DNA of 64,000 nt from the human T2T-CHM13v2.0 reference genome, Homo sapiens. Location of the stretch: the NCBI RefSeq assembly GCF_009914755.1, contig NC_060925.1; one strand, written 5' to 3'. A program made the translations under genes and the position numbers. Shown here in pieces: positions 1-13,400 of the stretch. The notes below the pieces were generated by a model. The model ran no database searches, was not told where the DNA came from, and saw only the letters and a program-made list of their open reading frames with translations. Each line of letters begins with the position of its first letter. The first letter of the stretch is position 1.

Positions 1-288
1 CTTTTTTGAGACAGAGTCTCACTCTGTTGTGCAGGCTGGAGTACAGTGGTGCGATCTTGGCTCACTACAACCTCTGCCTCCCAGGTTCAAGTGATTGTCA
101 TGCCTCAGCCTCTCAAGTAGCTGGGATTACAGGCACACACCACCATGCCTGGCTAATGTTTGTATTTTTAGTAGAGATGCAGTTTCGCTATGTCGGCCAG
201 GCTGGTCTCGGACTCCTGGCCTCAAGTGACCCACCTGCCTTGGCCTCCCAAAGTGCTGGGATTACAGGTGTGAACCACTGTGCCCGGC
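1..288 (-). mobile_element. Alu SINE (old AluS/AluJb-like), tail cut by window edge
   Basis: Full antisense Alu dimer from GAGACAGAGTCTC to CCCGGCC; explains ORF 6..293. Confidence 0.97.
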
Positions 289-574
289 CATAAAGTTTAT
301 TTTTATGATAATAGATATAATGCATCCTAACTCTCAAAATTTTAACAAACACAACTTAAAGAGGTTCTACATGAGGCTTATTCAGAATGATAGTAAAAAG
401 CGAAAAAAGGCAAAAATCTGTTTCTAAATTAAGGTAATCTAATTCCTTACTTCAGAGACAGGAACATAAAAATGAAGTCTCTCCAGTACTCTGTAGAAGG
501 TTCATGAGAGTACCAGCCACACATACACTTATATCTCACCCACTTCAGGAACTGGTACCATATATATATATGGT

Positions 575-770
575 TGTAGTTAGAAACTCCTGGCTTTGGA
601 GTAAGAATACCTGGAGCCCTGACTCACAAGTTTTCAGCTATGCTCACCTTTACTAGCCTCTGTAAAATGCAGATAATAGCTAACTGCTTCATGGAGTTAC
701 TAAAAGAATTAAATGAGATCATGCCTATCATATGTTTAACTCAGTAAATGTGAATTTTTATTATCATGTA
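575..770 (+). mobile_element. MIR SINE remnant
   Basis: ggctttggagt...ctgtaaaatgcagataatag...gaattaaatgagat MIR core and tail. Confidence 0.7.
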
Positions 771-809
771 AAATAAAGTTATTATACAAAGATAACATTT
801 AATTGAATT

Positions 810-1020
810 ACATATAGATGACGACAATGTATTACATTCTTGAAAACTGCAAAAAGGTTACATTTTAAGCGTTCTCACCACAATAAAATAAAAAAGATGT
901 GATGCAATACATATGTTAATTAGCTCCAGTTAACCATTCCACAATGTATACATATTTCAAACCAACATGTTGCACAGATCAATACATATAATTTTTATTT
1001 GTTAATTTTTAAAAAATTAA
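810..1020 (+). mobile_element. L1MA 3' end fragment
   Basis: tgttaattagct...ccattccacaatgtatacatatttcaa...aatttttatttgtt, typical of L1MA 3' UTR. Confidence 0.8.
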
Positions 1021-1129
1021 GAAAATTTGTTACATAAACAAAAGAGAAGGGAGCAAAACTCTTTAGGATAGTTCTAAAGGGTTAGAAAGAAGCAAAGGAC
1101 ATGGTGACTAGATGAGCTAATTTACTGAC

Positions 1130-1170
1130 CCCAAAATTGTATATTCTAACCGTAGCCCCCTGCTGTGAGA
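1130..1170 (-). CDS. Putative 41-nt internal exon of an unidentified minus-strand host gene
   Basis: Minus strand reads ATTTTCTTTTCTTTTTCTAG|TCTCACAG...TTTTGGG|GTCAGT: strong acceptor plus GT donor in unique sequence. Two frames are open (SHSRGLRLEYTILG or SQQGATVRIYNFG); protein not recognised. Confidence 0.6.
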
Positions 1171-1859
1171 CTAGAAAAAGAAAAGAAAATACAATTGAAA
1201 CCCTTCATGCAATTTCTTCCTGGTCAACTATGTCGAACATCTAATGTCAAAACATATACAACCAATCAGATAAAACTTGATATTGATTAATTCCCCATAA
1301 TAAAGATAAAACATTGTCAGTGAGTTTGTAAACTCAGAAGATCAAGAATGAACAAATACTAATAAATTTATCAAAAATAACTAATTCAAAATAAAAATAG
1401 TCACTTGCTAAAATACCAAAATTATTCACTATTAAGCGAAAAGTCTAACTTTGGGGAGGTTCTGGAATAATCAGTACAGTATCCAGACCCTTGAATTAAC
1501 TACATTGCTTTACTTTAGCATGCATCTTATCCTAATATATCACTGTTAGAAAGCTATGGGGTGAAATCTGCCTCTGATTCTACTTTACACTGTGGTCCCA
1601 GCATATATCACTACTTAATAACAAGAAAAATAGCAATAGCAGTACTACGGTTATGTCTTTTATTATTGCTATTCTATTATGTATTTTATATAGCAATGCA
1701 TTTTACTCCTTGAGGATATTTTCTATAATAACTATGATGTATCTACAAAATCAGAATGCATTTTCTATTCCTTTTCCCCCACCAAAAACCAGAAAAATGA
1801 CAACCCCTCCCCTACACACCGCCTCTTTCAGAAAACTATAGCTTGATTTTTTTCATGAG

Positions 1860-1878
1860 TGTCCACCAGAGGGAGCCA
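1860..1878 (+). promoter_or_regulatory. CTCF-binding motif
   Basis: TGTCCACCAGAGGGAGCCA closely matches the CTCF core CCACCAG(G/A)GGG(C/A)GC. Confidence 0.6.
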
Positions 1879-2599
1879 GATGATAGTCTATTAGTTTAGT
1901 CCTGAATTGAATGTGTTTTATAAGGACAAACATTTCTGAAAATCAACAAGCTGAGACCAACTCCTATTTTCTGCTTAACAGGAGTTATTTATTACTATTC
2001 ACTAACAGAAAAATAACAAATATACAAATGCAGCAAATGAGGAGGAATGGAAAGACAGCATGCAGTGTATCCTAAAGTGAGTGAGAACTGGCACTCAGTT
2101 TTGTGTCTATGCTATTGTACACTGAGTCCATCCGTTAACTCTAAGTTTAGCCAAAGCAAATAAAGACTGTTTAGTCAATGCGGTGTTTTTAGAACAATGT
2201 GTATTCTATAAAGGCGAAGCGTATCCGGATTTGGAATAGACAAGTATACAAACTAATGCCAGATTCTTAAATCCTCTTTGTGGGGATTCTGACCTGCCAC
2301 TGGAAACATCCATTCAAGAATTTTTACAAAAGAAAACATCTCCAAGGACACTAAGAAGACTATTTTCCTGCAATATATTAATTTCTAACTTGTTACCACA
2401 AAATAATAGGAAATTCTGAGATACATTAACTCCCAGAAACAGACATAGCTAGTAACAATACCTGCAGGTCAATAGGCCAACAATCAACTAGAGTAAATCC
2501 ATGTCATGAATTTTCTTTCTTTCCCTTTGTCTATCCTTTGGTGAGTAAGAAGAGTGGCATCTGTAAAGAAATGAAAATCATCCTGGATAACATAAATAA

Positions 2600-2960
2600 G
2601 AGCTACTTTGTGAGGCAGGTGGGAAAGGTAGACAAAGGGTTCTGCAAATCTGCTTTAGAAGGGTGGCTTATATTCCAGAAGCTAGGAAGGACCATTGAGA
2701 AAGTGTGGAAAGGACAATCACAGGGTCAAAACTGCCTTTTTAAAGCAAAGTGAAGGGCAGACTGGGGTAGAGGACATAGGGAACAGAGAAGGGGCCAGGA
2801 GACCAACTGAGGGGGCTGTCTCAACCACCCAAGTGAGAGGTGAGGCACTGGAACCAAGATGGCTGCAGTAGACAGGAAAGTAGTGGAAATGGGAGGAGTG
2901 TTCAGGAATAGTAGCTGATGCTCTGTGAGGGCTAAGGGAAGAAGAACCCAGGATGACCTG
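2600..2960 (+). mobile_element. L2 LINE remnant
   Basis: Purine-rich L2 3' region-like text (ccaagtgagaggtga...gaaccaagatggctgcag...gatgacctgg). Confidence 0.5.
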
Positions 2961-3240
2961 GGCTAGCTGTTAAGGCTCTGGAGGTGGACAGCCCCAAGGC
3001 CGCCTACCAGAAAAGCCTCCAGGATGCTTCCAAGCAAGAAGCCCTTGTTCTCTCTGTGTCTTCTACATGGTGGACATGTACCATCCTGAACCCAGTGAGG
3101 CCACCCACTCCTCCACGGAGCCTTCTCTGGCCCATGGTCTGTGTCCCCTTTGTGTCCCCATAGGACCCCGGACATAACTCCACCGTAGCATCTATCACCT
3201 CATTTAAAATGAAAATTTATTGGCTTTTAAAAATATTTCA

Positions 3241-4075
<835 letters not shown>

Positions 4076-5814
4076 CATAAGCCGTGCCAGTGATCTGTTC
4101 ATTGGTCTTTCAATCTAACAACGGAAAATTTCTTAAGGGCAGTAGAATCAAAGTGATTCTTCACTGTTGTATTTCCATCACCTAGTTCATAGACAGGCTC
4201 ACAGCAACCACTTAACACAAAAATATTTCTGGCTTAAACAAATAAAAGAGTAATACCTTGCTAAATTGTTTTAAAGATTAGGGATAATAGGTGTCCAGAT
4301 ATGTAAAGGGCTCAACCTGGCACAAGTGGAGAATGAATAGTTGAAGAATCCATTGTGAAAATTAAACATTAAATATGAGACAGTGTTGTCTATTTACTCA
4401 AACCTAGAGCCAACAAACATACTGACATGTTCCCCTATGAAACATTTTCAACCAATGATGATTTTTATTTTGTTTTAGCTCTTTATTTTTTTCATCCCTT
4501 AGTTAATTTAAAAACCACAAAATAAAACAGCTTTTGAAAACAGACTGGTGATATTGTACACTGATAAAACTACCCATTTTAAACTATTCTCTTCATGAGA
4601 CATTCGGGCAAATGTCCACTCTTTGCTTCTCTAGCACATTAGTGCTGTTGATGTTATTTGTAATTAAAACAAGTCATCTAAGCAGGAGCAGTATGTTATG
4701 GCTACCTTTAAGGTCCTGAGTTAAGAAAGGCACAGCCACAGTAACCAGAGGAAGCCATGAGACCAACATGTAGGTCTGCCAAAAAGTTGCTAATTAATTA
4801 TGGATTTATCTTCTTGAGTTCTCTATTCTGAAATCTCACCACTTAACCCATACCAGACCCAAAAGGAAAGGCCGGGTTCAGTAACAACAACCTGGGTTCA
4901 AAAGGAATTCCGAGGGAAAGGGTACTTACAGGGAGGTGGGCTCTGCAAGGGCAATCAGGCAGCTGCATGCTAGAGCCCCAAATGCAAGACGAGCTTGGGG
5001 GTTCAAGAAGGGGTCCACGGCATCACACCCCTACAACATTAGGTTGCTATCTAGCAGCAGAGGCTCAAGGCACAGATGTTGCATCCTGGTTTCTGAAGGA
5101 TCAGAGCAAGTGCCCTGTGGGGTTGTGGAGAAAAACTTGGGCCCCAGAAGAGGGAACTGGGAGTGTGGGCATGAGTGCTGGGTGGAGAAATTCAGACAGA
5201 AGCATAGTCTGTAGACCAGGTCAACTGCAAGCTAGAGGCACCCCAGAGACCTGATACTATCCAGGCATCCCAGACACCAGGTTATCTGACAATTAGGTCT
5301 AATTCTAAACCAGACCAGATGGTAAATTTCAGACTAACAACATGTTTCACCTTAACTCTCCCAGGAAATCAACAGAACTCATTATCATAATTTTCTTCGA
5401 AACTCTAATTTCACACAGTAAATTACCCCCATTAGGATACACTACAGCTTAGTGTCACTTCCAGCAACACATCTTAGGGATTTCCTGAAGCACCTGCTTG
5501 TTGCTTTGATCTGTGGGATGCTGTTGAAAAATGTCCTTAGCACCTCCTCTATGGGCAAAGCAAAGCAGTACAGCCAGATAAGATCAACAAAACATTTCTA
5601 TGTCAGGAAGACTGTAAACTATGGGAAATACATTTCCATTGTTCAAGAGAGTAGAGTATCTATATAGGTTAAATGGATCCAAATTATAGTTTGTGCTGTC
5701 CTTGGTAACAATCATAAATTTAAGAAGTATTCTATACTTACTATTTTTTGAATCTTCAAAAGTGAAACTACAGAGAACAAGAACTTCCTTTAAAAAAAAA
5801 GCCATATACTGGGC

Positions 5815-5990
5815 TGATTAGAAGTGCAGGCTCAGAAGTCAGATTTTCTGGGTTCAAAGACCAGCTCCATCTCTTACTAGCAAGGTAAGGACGGGAGTCA
5901 AGATGATCAAGGCTCTGTGCCTTAGTTCCCTTACCTACGAAATTACAATTAAAACATCACTTATCAAACAAGTTTACTTTCAGCGTTAAA
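5815..5990 (+). mobile_element. MIR SINE remnant
   Basis: ctgggttcaaagaccagctccatctcttactag...ctctgtgccttagttccc. Confidence 0.7.
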
Positions 5991-6056
5991 GAGGTGACAG
6001 ACAGACAGATATATGCACATAGAAGAATGTCCTATACTTCTGCTGCTATTTCTAAC

Positions 6057-6101
6057 GTCATCATCACCTTTGTTGTCATTGTCATCATCCTCATCATCAT
6101 C
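6057..6101. repeat. Imperfect (TCA)n trinucleotide repeat
   Basis: gtcatcatcacc...gtcattgtcatcatcctcatcatcat; source of poly-D and poly-S stretches in ORFs 5964..6221 and 6013..6240. Confidence 0.7.
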
Positions 6102-6452
6102 GGTAAAGTCAGATTTGGTCTTTGTAAAGTACTTCAGAAAACAAAATGTGAGTGTGACCTCACATAGAACTGAAAGAGTTCTAAGAAAGGATAGTACACA
6201 GGATGGGCTCAGAGAAGCCACACCTCTCTACTCCAAATAAACACAAAAATCTGTGTAACTAGGGTGTGTTTGTTCATAGCAATTTCCAGACAAGTCCTTT
6301 AGCTGAATGCCTATACCCAGGCCCCACAACTCTATCTTACAAATTCTAGAGATATCATGTTTTATTCAGTGGTTATTATTTTGTTATAGATCCCTTTGAG
6401 AATATGATGAAAGCTATCACTCATTTACTCAAAAAATTAAACCCACCTATCT

Positions 6453-6490
6453 ACACACACACATACACACATACACACACAAAAACACAT
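6453..6490. repeat. Imperfect (CA)n microsatellite
   Basis: acacacacacatacacacatacacacac. Confidence 0.85.
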
Positions 6491-6709
6491 ATAAAGTCTG
6501 CATCTAATATCAAGAAATCCAGGGACCTCTGAAGGACCATTTATGGACTTTCCAGATTCTCACTAAATCTCTTCCTTTGCCTATCAGAATACCATGGCCC
6601 AGAAAAACTGGCTTGCTCCAGGTTAAACAACTAATAGTAGCAGGGTTAGTACCAGGTCCCTTTTCTTCTGTCCTGGTTATTGCTCTTTCCACTTCACTAC
6701 CCTTTCTAT

Positions 6710-7025
6710 AAGTTTCTTGTATTTACTGAACACTTCATTCTGTGCTAGATACACCAGACACACACTCCAAAAGCTGCAGGGAGCAAAATGAGGATACAAT
6801 GCTTCCTGCTCTCAAAAAACCAACAGTCTATTAGGAAAGACCATAACAATGAAGGGTACTGAGGGAAAACACAGACTAGTATGACAAGCAACATCTGAAG
6901 CCCAGGGGAGACAGCAAGGCCAGTTGCACCCCTTCGTGGGCAGAGGGAGCTAGAGGGGTTCAAAGGCATCTTTAAAAGAGGTGATCCTAGTCTGCATCTT
7001 GATGGGCACCTGGACATTTGCCAGA
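6710..7025 (+). mobile_element. L2 LINE remnant
   Basis: tatttactgaacacttc...tgtgctagatac...cctgctctcaa L2 3' signature. Confidence 0.55.
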
Positions 7026-7479
7026 CTCTCTTTCTTCAGGTTGATACAGGTTTGATGGGCAAGAATGACCAGTCTCTGGCCCACCCCTCTCATCATCACA
7101 TCGTACTCCAGTGAGAATACTTGTGTATTCTAAGCAGATTCACTTGCACCTTATTCTCTGAGAAGCTTTTTGTGGTTGCCATTTTCTGAATGATATATTT
7201 CTTATTTGATTAAAAGTGGATATTTTTCAGATTCTGAGAGAAAGAAGGTCATTGAGCAAATTTTTTCTAAAGCAAACAGGACTGCACTTGCCTCATTAGG
7301 CATTTCCGCACCACTATGGTCCTGCCGTCTCTGCCTTCTTGACCTCAACACTCTGCCTCTGAAGACCCCAAACAGAGCATCTTTTCCTCCTAGCCTGCTT
7401 TTCCTCCCCATTCCCAATGACCCCACAATCCCACTCCTCTCCTTCACCTGGCCAGACATTGGGGAAACTTTCTGGAAGT

Positions 7480-7800
7480 AAGTGCCAGGTCTAAATCCTA
7501 TCAGTCAATTCATCCTTTTCAGACTCTCTCAGATCCAATCCCTTCTCTCCTCCCATGCCTCTGCTATGTCTCGGCCCTCTCTATTTCTTGCCTCAATTAT
7601 TGGAATAGCTTCCAATATGTCTCCAGGCCTACAATTTCACTCCCTTCAATTTCATCCTCTACTTGGCTACCATAGAGGTTGTATGACATTTCAAAACTAT
7701 TAATGTGATCATACCACCATTACCACCATGCCAGCCCCAAAATTCTTAAATGCAGAGTGCCAGTTACTTAGCAGTACACTCAGAGAAGTCCCCAGGAGCT
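7480..7800 (-). mobile_element. L2 LINE remnant
   Basis: Pyrimidine-rich ctctcagatccaatcccttctctcc...cttgcctcaattattggaatagcttcc antisense L2 text. Confidence 0.55.
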
Positions 7801-9135
7801 GCTGCCCTGCCCCTTCCACCCTCACTCTGCCCACTCTCCACACACTCCCATGTTCAGCCACACCCAACTGCTTTGCCTGCTGTGCTCCAGACAGACTCCA
7901 GGCCAACACATAGAAATTCCAGCAGAGCACAAAATTCACATGACTATAATTTACAGATGCAATTTCAAAATTAACACTTTCCCACTAAAGAGCAAGCAGA
8001 AAAAAGCAAACTGGGACCAGCAATACTAATTTTCTCTCACCAAGTGAAAGACAGTAAGAAACTTTCCTCATACACTGTTTTACCATCCCCCGGTCCAAAT
8101 AGCAAAGTAGATAAAACCTGGAACTCATCCATGCAGTTAGCTGCCTGAAAGCACAGTTTTCTAGATAGAAATATTCCCTGCTCTGCCTAAATTTATGCTG
8201 GTCTGTTAGAGTGTGTTAAACTTAGTACGCAAATGATAAAGAATTGTTAGTACACAACCGTAAAAGAAACACTTTCATTTTGAAAATGTAATCATATTTG
8301 CAAATCCTTCTCTGCCTTTAAGCAGATAGTAGAGAGAATAAGCTACAAAGATTACATGGCAATTTTAATATGTTCAATACCAAGAATGGGAATGTATTTA
8401 CAGACTCTGTAGGTAAACACCAATTAGTCACTGAACCATTACAGTAGCAACTCCAGCAGAGTGGCTGGGGATACAGCAGACAGCATCATCACCAGCTGAT
8501 TGGAAAGCCACTGTAACTTTCACATGAACTCCCTTTGAATGGACATGCCCCATGTGCTCATGTCAGGCCAGAGGAGAAACTGTTGATGTGATCTGAAATA
8601 GACTTGGAGAGTTCCATATGACCTAAAGGACTTAGAAAGTTTAACGAATGCTCAGAGCTGCCCACAATCACACAGCTGGGACAAAGTCAACACATTTTCC
8701 AAACTCAGCTCGCTGTCAAAGTCACACAACTCACTGGCAAAGATCACTGCTTCCTGAATGTTGTCCGTAGCTATTACCACTTCAAAGGATGAAATGCAGA
8801 AAGTCTCAGAAAGAAAAGGCCAGAACGATAGGATCTCGTCGTGGGGAACATGCCATGGATTTCCAGCCCAAAGATGCTCCATCTTTTGTCCCAGCCTCAG
8901 GACTGCTCAAAGAAAATCATGAAGCATCTGTAAACGTTTCAAACCATCTAACAGAAGTTATGACTGCCTACCAGACTAGGAGAATAAAATGACAGTCCTT
9001 AAAGTCTGTGTTCTCGCTGGTTTGGTAACAGTGGTCATTTCATACACTGCTTGAAAGTGTTCATTTTCATATGTGCCTGAACAAATGAAATGCAGATAAA
9101 TGAATTCATGATGTAAGAAATGTAGTTTCTGGACC

Positions 9136-9441
9136 AGAGCTAGTCAACAGAAATGTGTAAGTCACATACATAACTTAATATTTTAAAAGCCATGTTAGAA
9201 AAATATACAACCAGGTGAAAATAATTTTAATCATATATTTTATTTAATTCAAGATACCTAGAATATTATCATTTCAACATGTAACCAATATAAAATCAAG
9301 ATGTTTTAGTATTTTTTATATTAACTCTTCAAAATCCCATGTGTCTATTGCAGTTACAGCTCATGTCAATACAGACTAGCCACAACCTGAGTGCTCAGTA
9401 GCCACATGTGGTTAATAGCAACCATACTGAGTGGTACAAGT
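9136..9441. mobile_element. MER33 (hAT-Charlie) DNA transposon
   Basis: aatattatcatttcaacatgtaaccaatataaaa...agactagccaca...gtgctcagtagccacatgtgg signature. Confidence 0.8.
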
Positions 9442-10151
9442 CTACACAAAACCCTTCAGAGCACCCAGAACACAATGGGAAACAAAACAGATGCACACTG
9501 GCTAGAAGACTCCACAGACGCAGGTGGTAGCATAGCGTGACATGCCATCCCAAAGCCCCCCCAGCTTGATATGGGCAAAGCAGAGAAAAGCCTACACTTC
9601 TAGAAGCCCATGGCCTCTTCAGTGGAACCAGAAGAAAGGTAAAGGGACCCTGAAAAGGTGGCCAGCCCTGGAGGGAAGAGGAAAATATCCTTCCACACAG
9701 GCCTTATGTGCTTCCCATTTCCCCACTGCCTACACACATCAACTGTTTGATTATTTTCTCAGTCAGTCAACCCAATGGTCACCCACCTGGAAATTCATCA
9801 CCTACCACATGCCAGGCCCAGCCCTGTAGACATGCACTGAGAAAACTGGACAAGACCTTGCCTGCAAAGTATTCATGGCAGAGTTGGGAATCAGACAAGC
9901 AAATAGTCACAAAAATGCACATACGTGTTTACACAGGTGAGAAGGGTTACAGAGGAATGGCACACAGTGCCAGAGGAGAGGAGAAGAAGGAATATGTCTC
10001 CATCTAAGGGTTCCAGGTAAGTTCTCTGAGGGACAGGGGAATTGAGGTCTGAATGACAAATGGGGTGATTAAGCCTTCTGCTACAGCATTTTCATACAAA
10101 AGTACAAATGTTTTCCAGTGTCTTACATCACTCCTTCCTTAAATGTCTTCC

Positions 10152-10459
10152 TTTTTTTTTTTTTTTTTTTTTTTTTTTTGAGACAGAGTCTTGCTTTGTC
10201 ACCAAGGCTGGAGTACAGTTGCATGATCTTGGCTCACTGCAACCTCCGCCTCCCAGGTTAAAGCGATTCTCCTGCCTCAGCCTCCTGAGTAACTTGGATT
10301 ACAGGCACCTGCCACCACGCCCAGCTAATTTTTGTATTTTTACTAGAGACGGGGTTTCACCATGTTGGTCAGGCTGGTCTCAAACTCCTGACCTCATGAT
10401 CTGCCCGCCTCGGACTCCCAAACTGCTGGGATTACAGGAGTGAGCCACTGCACCTGGCC
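10152..10459 (-). mobile_element. AluS (Sg/Sc-like) SINE
   Basis: Full antisense dimer with long poly(T); explains ORF 10108..10443. Confidence 0.97.
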
Positions 10460-11014
10460 CCTTCCACTTATTTCTAAGCTGTATTTCTTCTTGTTCTTTC
10501 TTCCAAACAGGGAAAGATGCTGAGTTCTATACATCGATAGTCTCACCAAAGTTTGAGGGCCAGTGTGTGGCAAAAATGGACACCAAAATATATACCTCCT
10601 AACTCTGGGCATGTCTGCTGTGATTTGGCTGCATTTATCAAACTTGACAAGTTACAGTAATGACTTCCCATGTATCTTAAGATGGTGTAGATTCAGATTG
10701 CCAATAGCCTTGTGTGCCCCATTAAACTCAGAACTTCATTCAACAGGCTACGGGTAAGGTTCTTAAGGAGGGTAGTAACACATTCTAATTTGTTTTCTAG
10801 GAGAACTGTGCTGGCAGTTCAATAGATTAACTAAAAGGAAGTTTTTTTTGGTGATATCAAAAAAAAAAAAGACTGCTGCAATAGTTCAGGTGATAGAGTA
10901 CACATGTGAACCCAAGGCACCACAATGTAAAGGAGGAAATACATTCAAGGGCATTTCAGAGCATACTCAACTAGGGCAAGATAGACAACTGCACAAACAT
11001 GGTTGTCAGATGGC

Positions 11015-11186
11015 AGAGACCCTGGCTGAATGTTAGAAACATCTGTGGAGCTTTTGAAAAACACTAATGTCTAGACCTTACCTTCAGAGAATATGACTCA
11101 AATAGTCTGTGATGGGGCCTTAGCATGAGAATTTTTTTAAAGCTTTCCAGTGATTCTAGTATGCAGCCAGGGTTGAAAATCACAGG
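11015..11186. mobile_element. MER5-family (hAT-Charlie) element
   Basis: tttttaaagctttccagtgattctagtatgcagccagggttgaaaatcac MER5 terminus. Confidence 0.75.
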
Positions 11187-11244
11187 CTTAAATAGAATAG
11201 CTTTTTGAAACCCTGAGGTCCAAGAGAATCAGCTTGTTTTTTTC

Positions 11245-11460
11245 CATTCTTTAACTCAGCAAATAATTATTGAGTGCTTATGATTATCAGGCACTAGGTT
11301 AAGTGATTAGTATTATATAATCTCACAAAACCCATGATTTCTGTATTTTCATTTTGAAATGAGAACCTTCTAAGGGTCAGAGAAGTAAAGTGACTTCTAG
11401 GAGGATGGCAGGTAAATGACAACCTACATTTGAACCCAGCTTTCAATATTCAGATCTGCT
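11245..11460 (-). mobile_element. L2 3' end / MIR remnant
   Basis: aaataattattgagtgctta...cattttgaaatgagaacc...agagaagtaaagtgactt...tttgaacccag. Confidence 0.6.
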
Positions 11461-11847
11461 AAAAGCAGGCAACGCTGCCAGCACCTTTGGATTTGAATCT
11501 TTAATTACAATTTGACTTATAGCACTCATTAATCCTTGGATATCTTGAATTCCAAGGAATGTAAGTACTTCAATAGCTAACATTCCCCATTGTTCCACTG
11601 AACCCTCTGCTGGGTCTCAGGCCCTGTGAACAACTACAGCATCTAAACTCATCTGTTACTCACTTCACCATCACACTGCTAAAGCAAGTGTTGAGTATTT
11701 TTTTTCTTACATTTTGCCAAAATAGAAACCTTAACTGTATTATTACAAGAAAACTTTTCAGTGTTAAAATACATTAAGTATTATGGAAATATAGATGCTG
11801 TCTATTCATAGCCTAAAATAATTCCTTTAAAAATACAGCTCAAATCG

Positions 11848-11932
11848 GTGGCACACTGCAGCCTCAAACACACGGGCTCAAGTGATCCTCCCACCTCAGG
11901 CTCCTCAGTAGCTGGGACTACAGGTGTGCACC
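11848..11932 (-). mobile_element. AluJ/FLAM fragment
   Basis: cactgcagcctcaaac...gggctcaagtgatcctcccacctcag...gtagctgggactacaggtgtgcacca. Confidence 0.85.
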
Positions 11933-12554
11933 AGAAACAGATACTACTGCAGCTACCAGCAACTATGCATATAAATTTCAACAGGTAATAAAGCCACTAG
12001 TACTGTTTACTAGAGTGGGAAGGCCCATTACATAATAGTGTTAATTACTTAAGAAAACTTTACTAGTAAGTTGAGTCTGTAGCATTTGGGTACAAATTTA
12101 TGTAAAATAAAATGTCAAAAAATTACCATGATCTCAGTTAATTCTAATCTATTTCCACATTGTATTCGCTTGAAACTTAGGGACTTAGTGTTTAGCTAGG
12201 AGAAATAATTAATGTATATGTAAAATATTTTTGTACTATCAAATTGAATACAAAAGAAACAGTTAACACAACCAGACTCAGAAATGCATGGTTGCTCCTA
12301 GAGGCTACCAGCTTGTACCCTCCTTCTGGTTTGCAATTAAGTAGACTGTAAGGAAACAGTAATGTATAATTCAATCGTACATTATAATAATATACAGGAC
12401 ATTACAGGACTGTAATGATATTCTGGTTTAAAAGTTATCTGTTTATCAGTATAAATATTTATATTATTTAAAATTTACCTCACCCAAACAAAAATGACGA
12501 TAAATAAGTGTCATTATATGTTATACATATGCATGCACACATGTACACACACAT

Positions 12555-12760
12555 ACCAGAATCTGTGCTGAGCATTCTGCAGACACTATAAAATGCTCAA
12601 GACAACCTTATGAACAGAATAATGATATTATCCTCATTTTAGAGACGGCTAAACTGAAAAAGAGAAAAGAAACTTGCCCATGGTCACTGAGGCAGTGAGT
12701 AGTAGGGTCAATACCTTCATCATGGGTGATCTGCCCCAGAGTGTGTAACTAAAACCACAA
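12555..12760 (-). mobile_element. MIR SINE
   Basis: attatcctcattttagagacggctaaactga...aacttgcccatggtcac. Confidence 0.75.
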
Positions 12761-12839
12761 AAACCAAAACAGCCTGTCATGAACGCTACATAAATTGTAG
12801 AGCCAGGTAGGGCTATGAGAGTTGAAAGGGTGTCTGCAT

Positions 12840-13400
12840 TCTATTCCGTCACCTTTTTATACTTGTCCTAATTTCTGACATTTGAAATATCACCTATTTA
12901 TATATTGTCTCCCAGAATGAGAGCACAGGTTCCATGAGAGGAGGGAGTGTGTCGGCCTTATTCACTGCAGTATCCGCAGCACCTAGACCACCACATGGCA
13001 CACAGATGCTCAGTAACTACATCTGAACAAGGGAATGGCTGAGTGGCAGACACAATGCAAGCAAACACTTGGAGGTGAGGAGCTTGGATTCAGGATGAGG
13101 GATATGAGATACAGTTGAAGTTGCAGGTTGGAGGTAGACAGTTTTAAACACCAGGCTAAGGGGTCTAGATTTTGTTATTTATATTATGATAAGCCAATAA
13201 AGATATTTTTAGCTGGAGAATGAACTGTCAAACAGGAGTATGTTAAGAACCCTAATCTAGTAGCTATATCAGAGAAAGAAGCCTAAACTGAGAAAGTTGT
13301 TTTAACAATAGCCTAAGCTCTGAATTGATTAGGGAGTAAATCTGGGAGATAGTAAAGGAAGCAGATAGGACAAGCATTATGAAAACAGGGATCCACTTGA
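12840..13400. mobile_element. L2 LINE remnants (two pieces)
   Basis: tccatgagaggagggagtgtgtc...ttcactgcagtatccgcagcacctaga...gctcagtaa, then caccaggctaaggggtctagatttt. Confidence 0.6.

Noticed and set aside
6-293. Alu-derived ORFs (also 3357..3764, 10108..10443, 41911..42132)
   Set aside because: Translations are standard antisense-Alu frames, not genes
450-490. Possible 40-nt minus-strand exon (CTTCTACAG|...GAA|GTAAGG)
   Set aside because: Short, interrupted pyrimidine tract and no recognisable peptide; not distinguishable from background
5964-6240. Acidic and Ser-rich ORFs on both strands
   Set aside because: Produced by an imperfect (TCA)n repeat; no convincing splice or homology evidence
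8652-8992. Overlapping ORFs and a minus-strand acceptor (TTTTATTCTCCTAG) near 8976
   Set aside because: No good matching donor, partly MIR-like sequence, no recognisable protein
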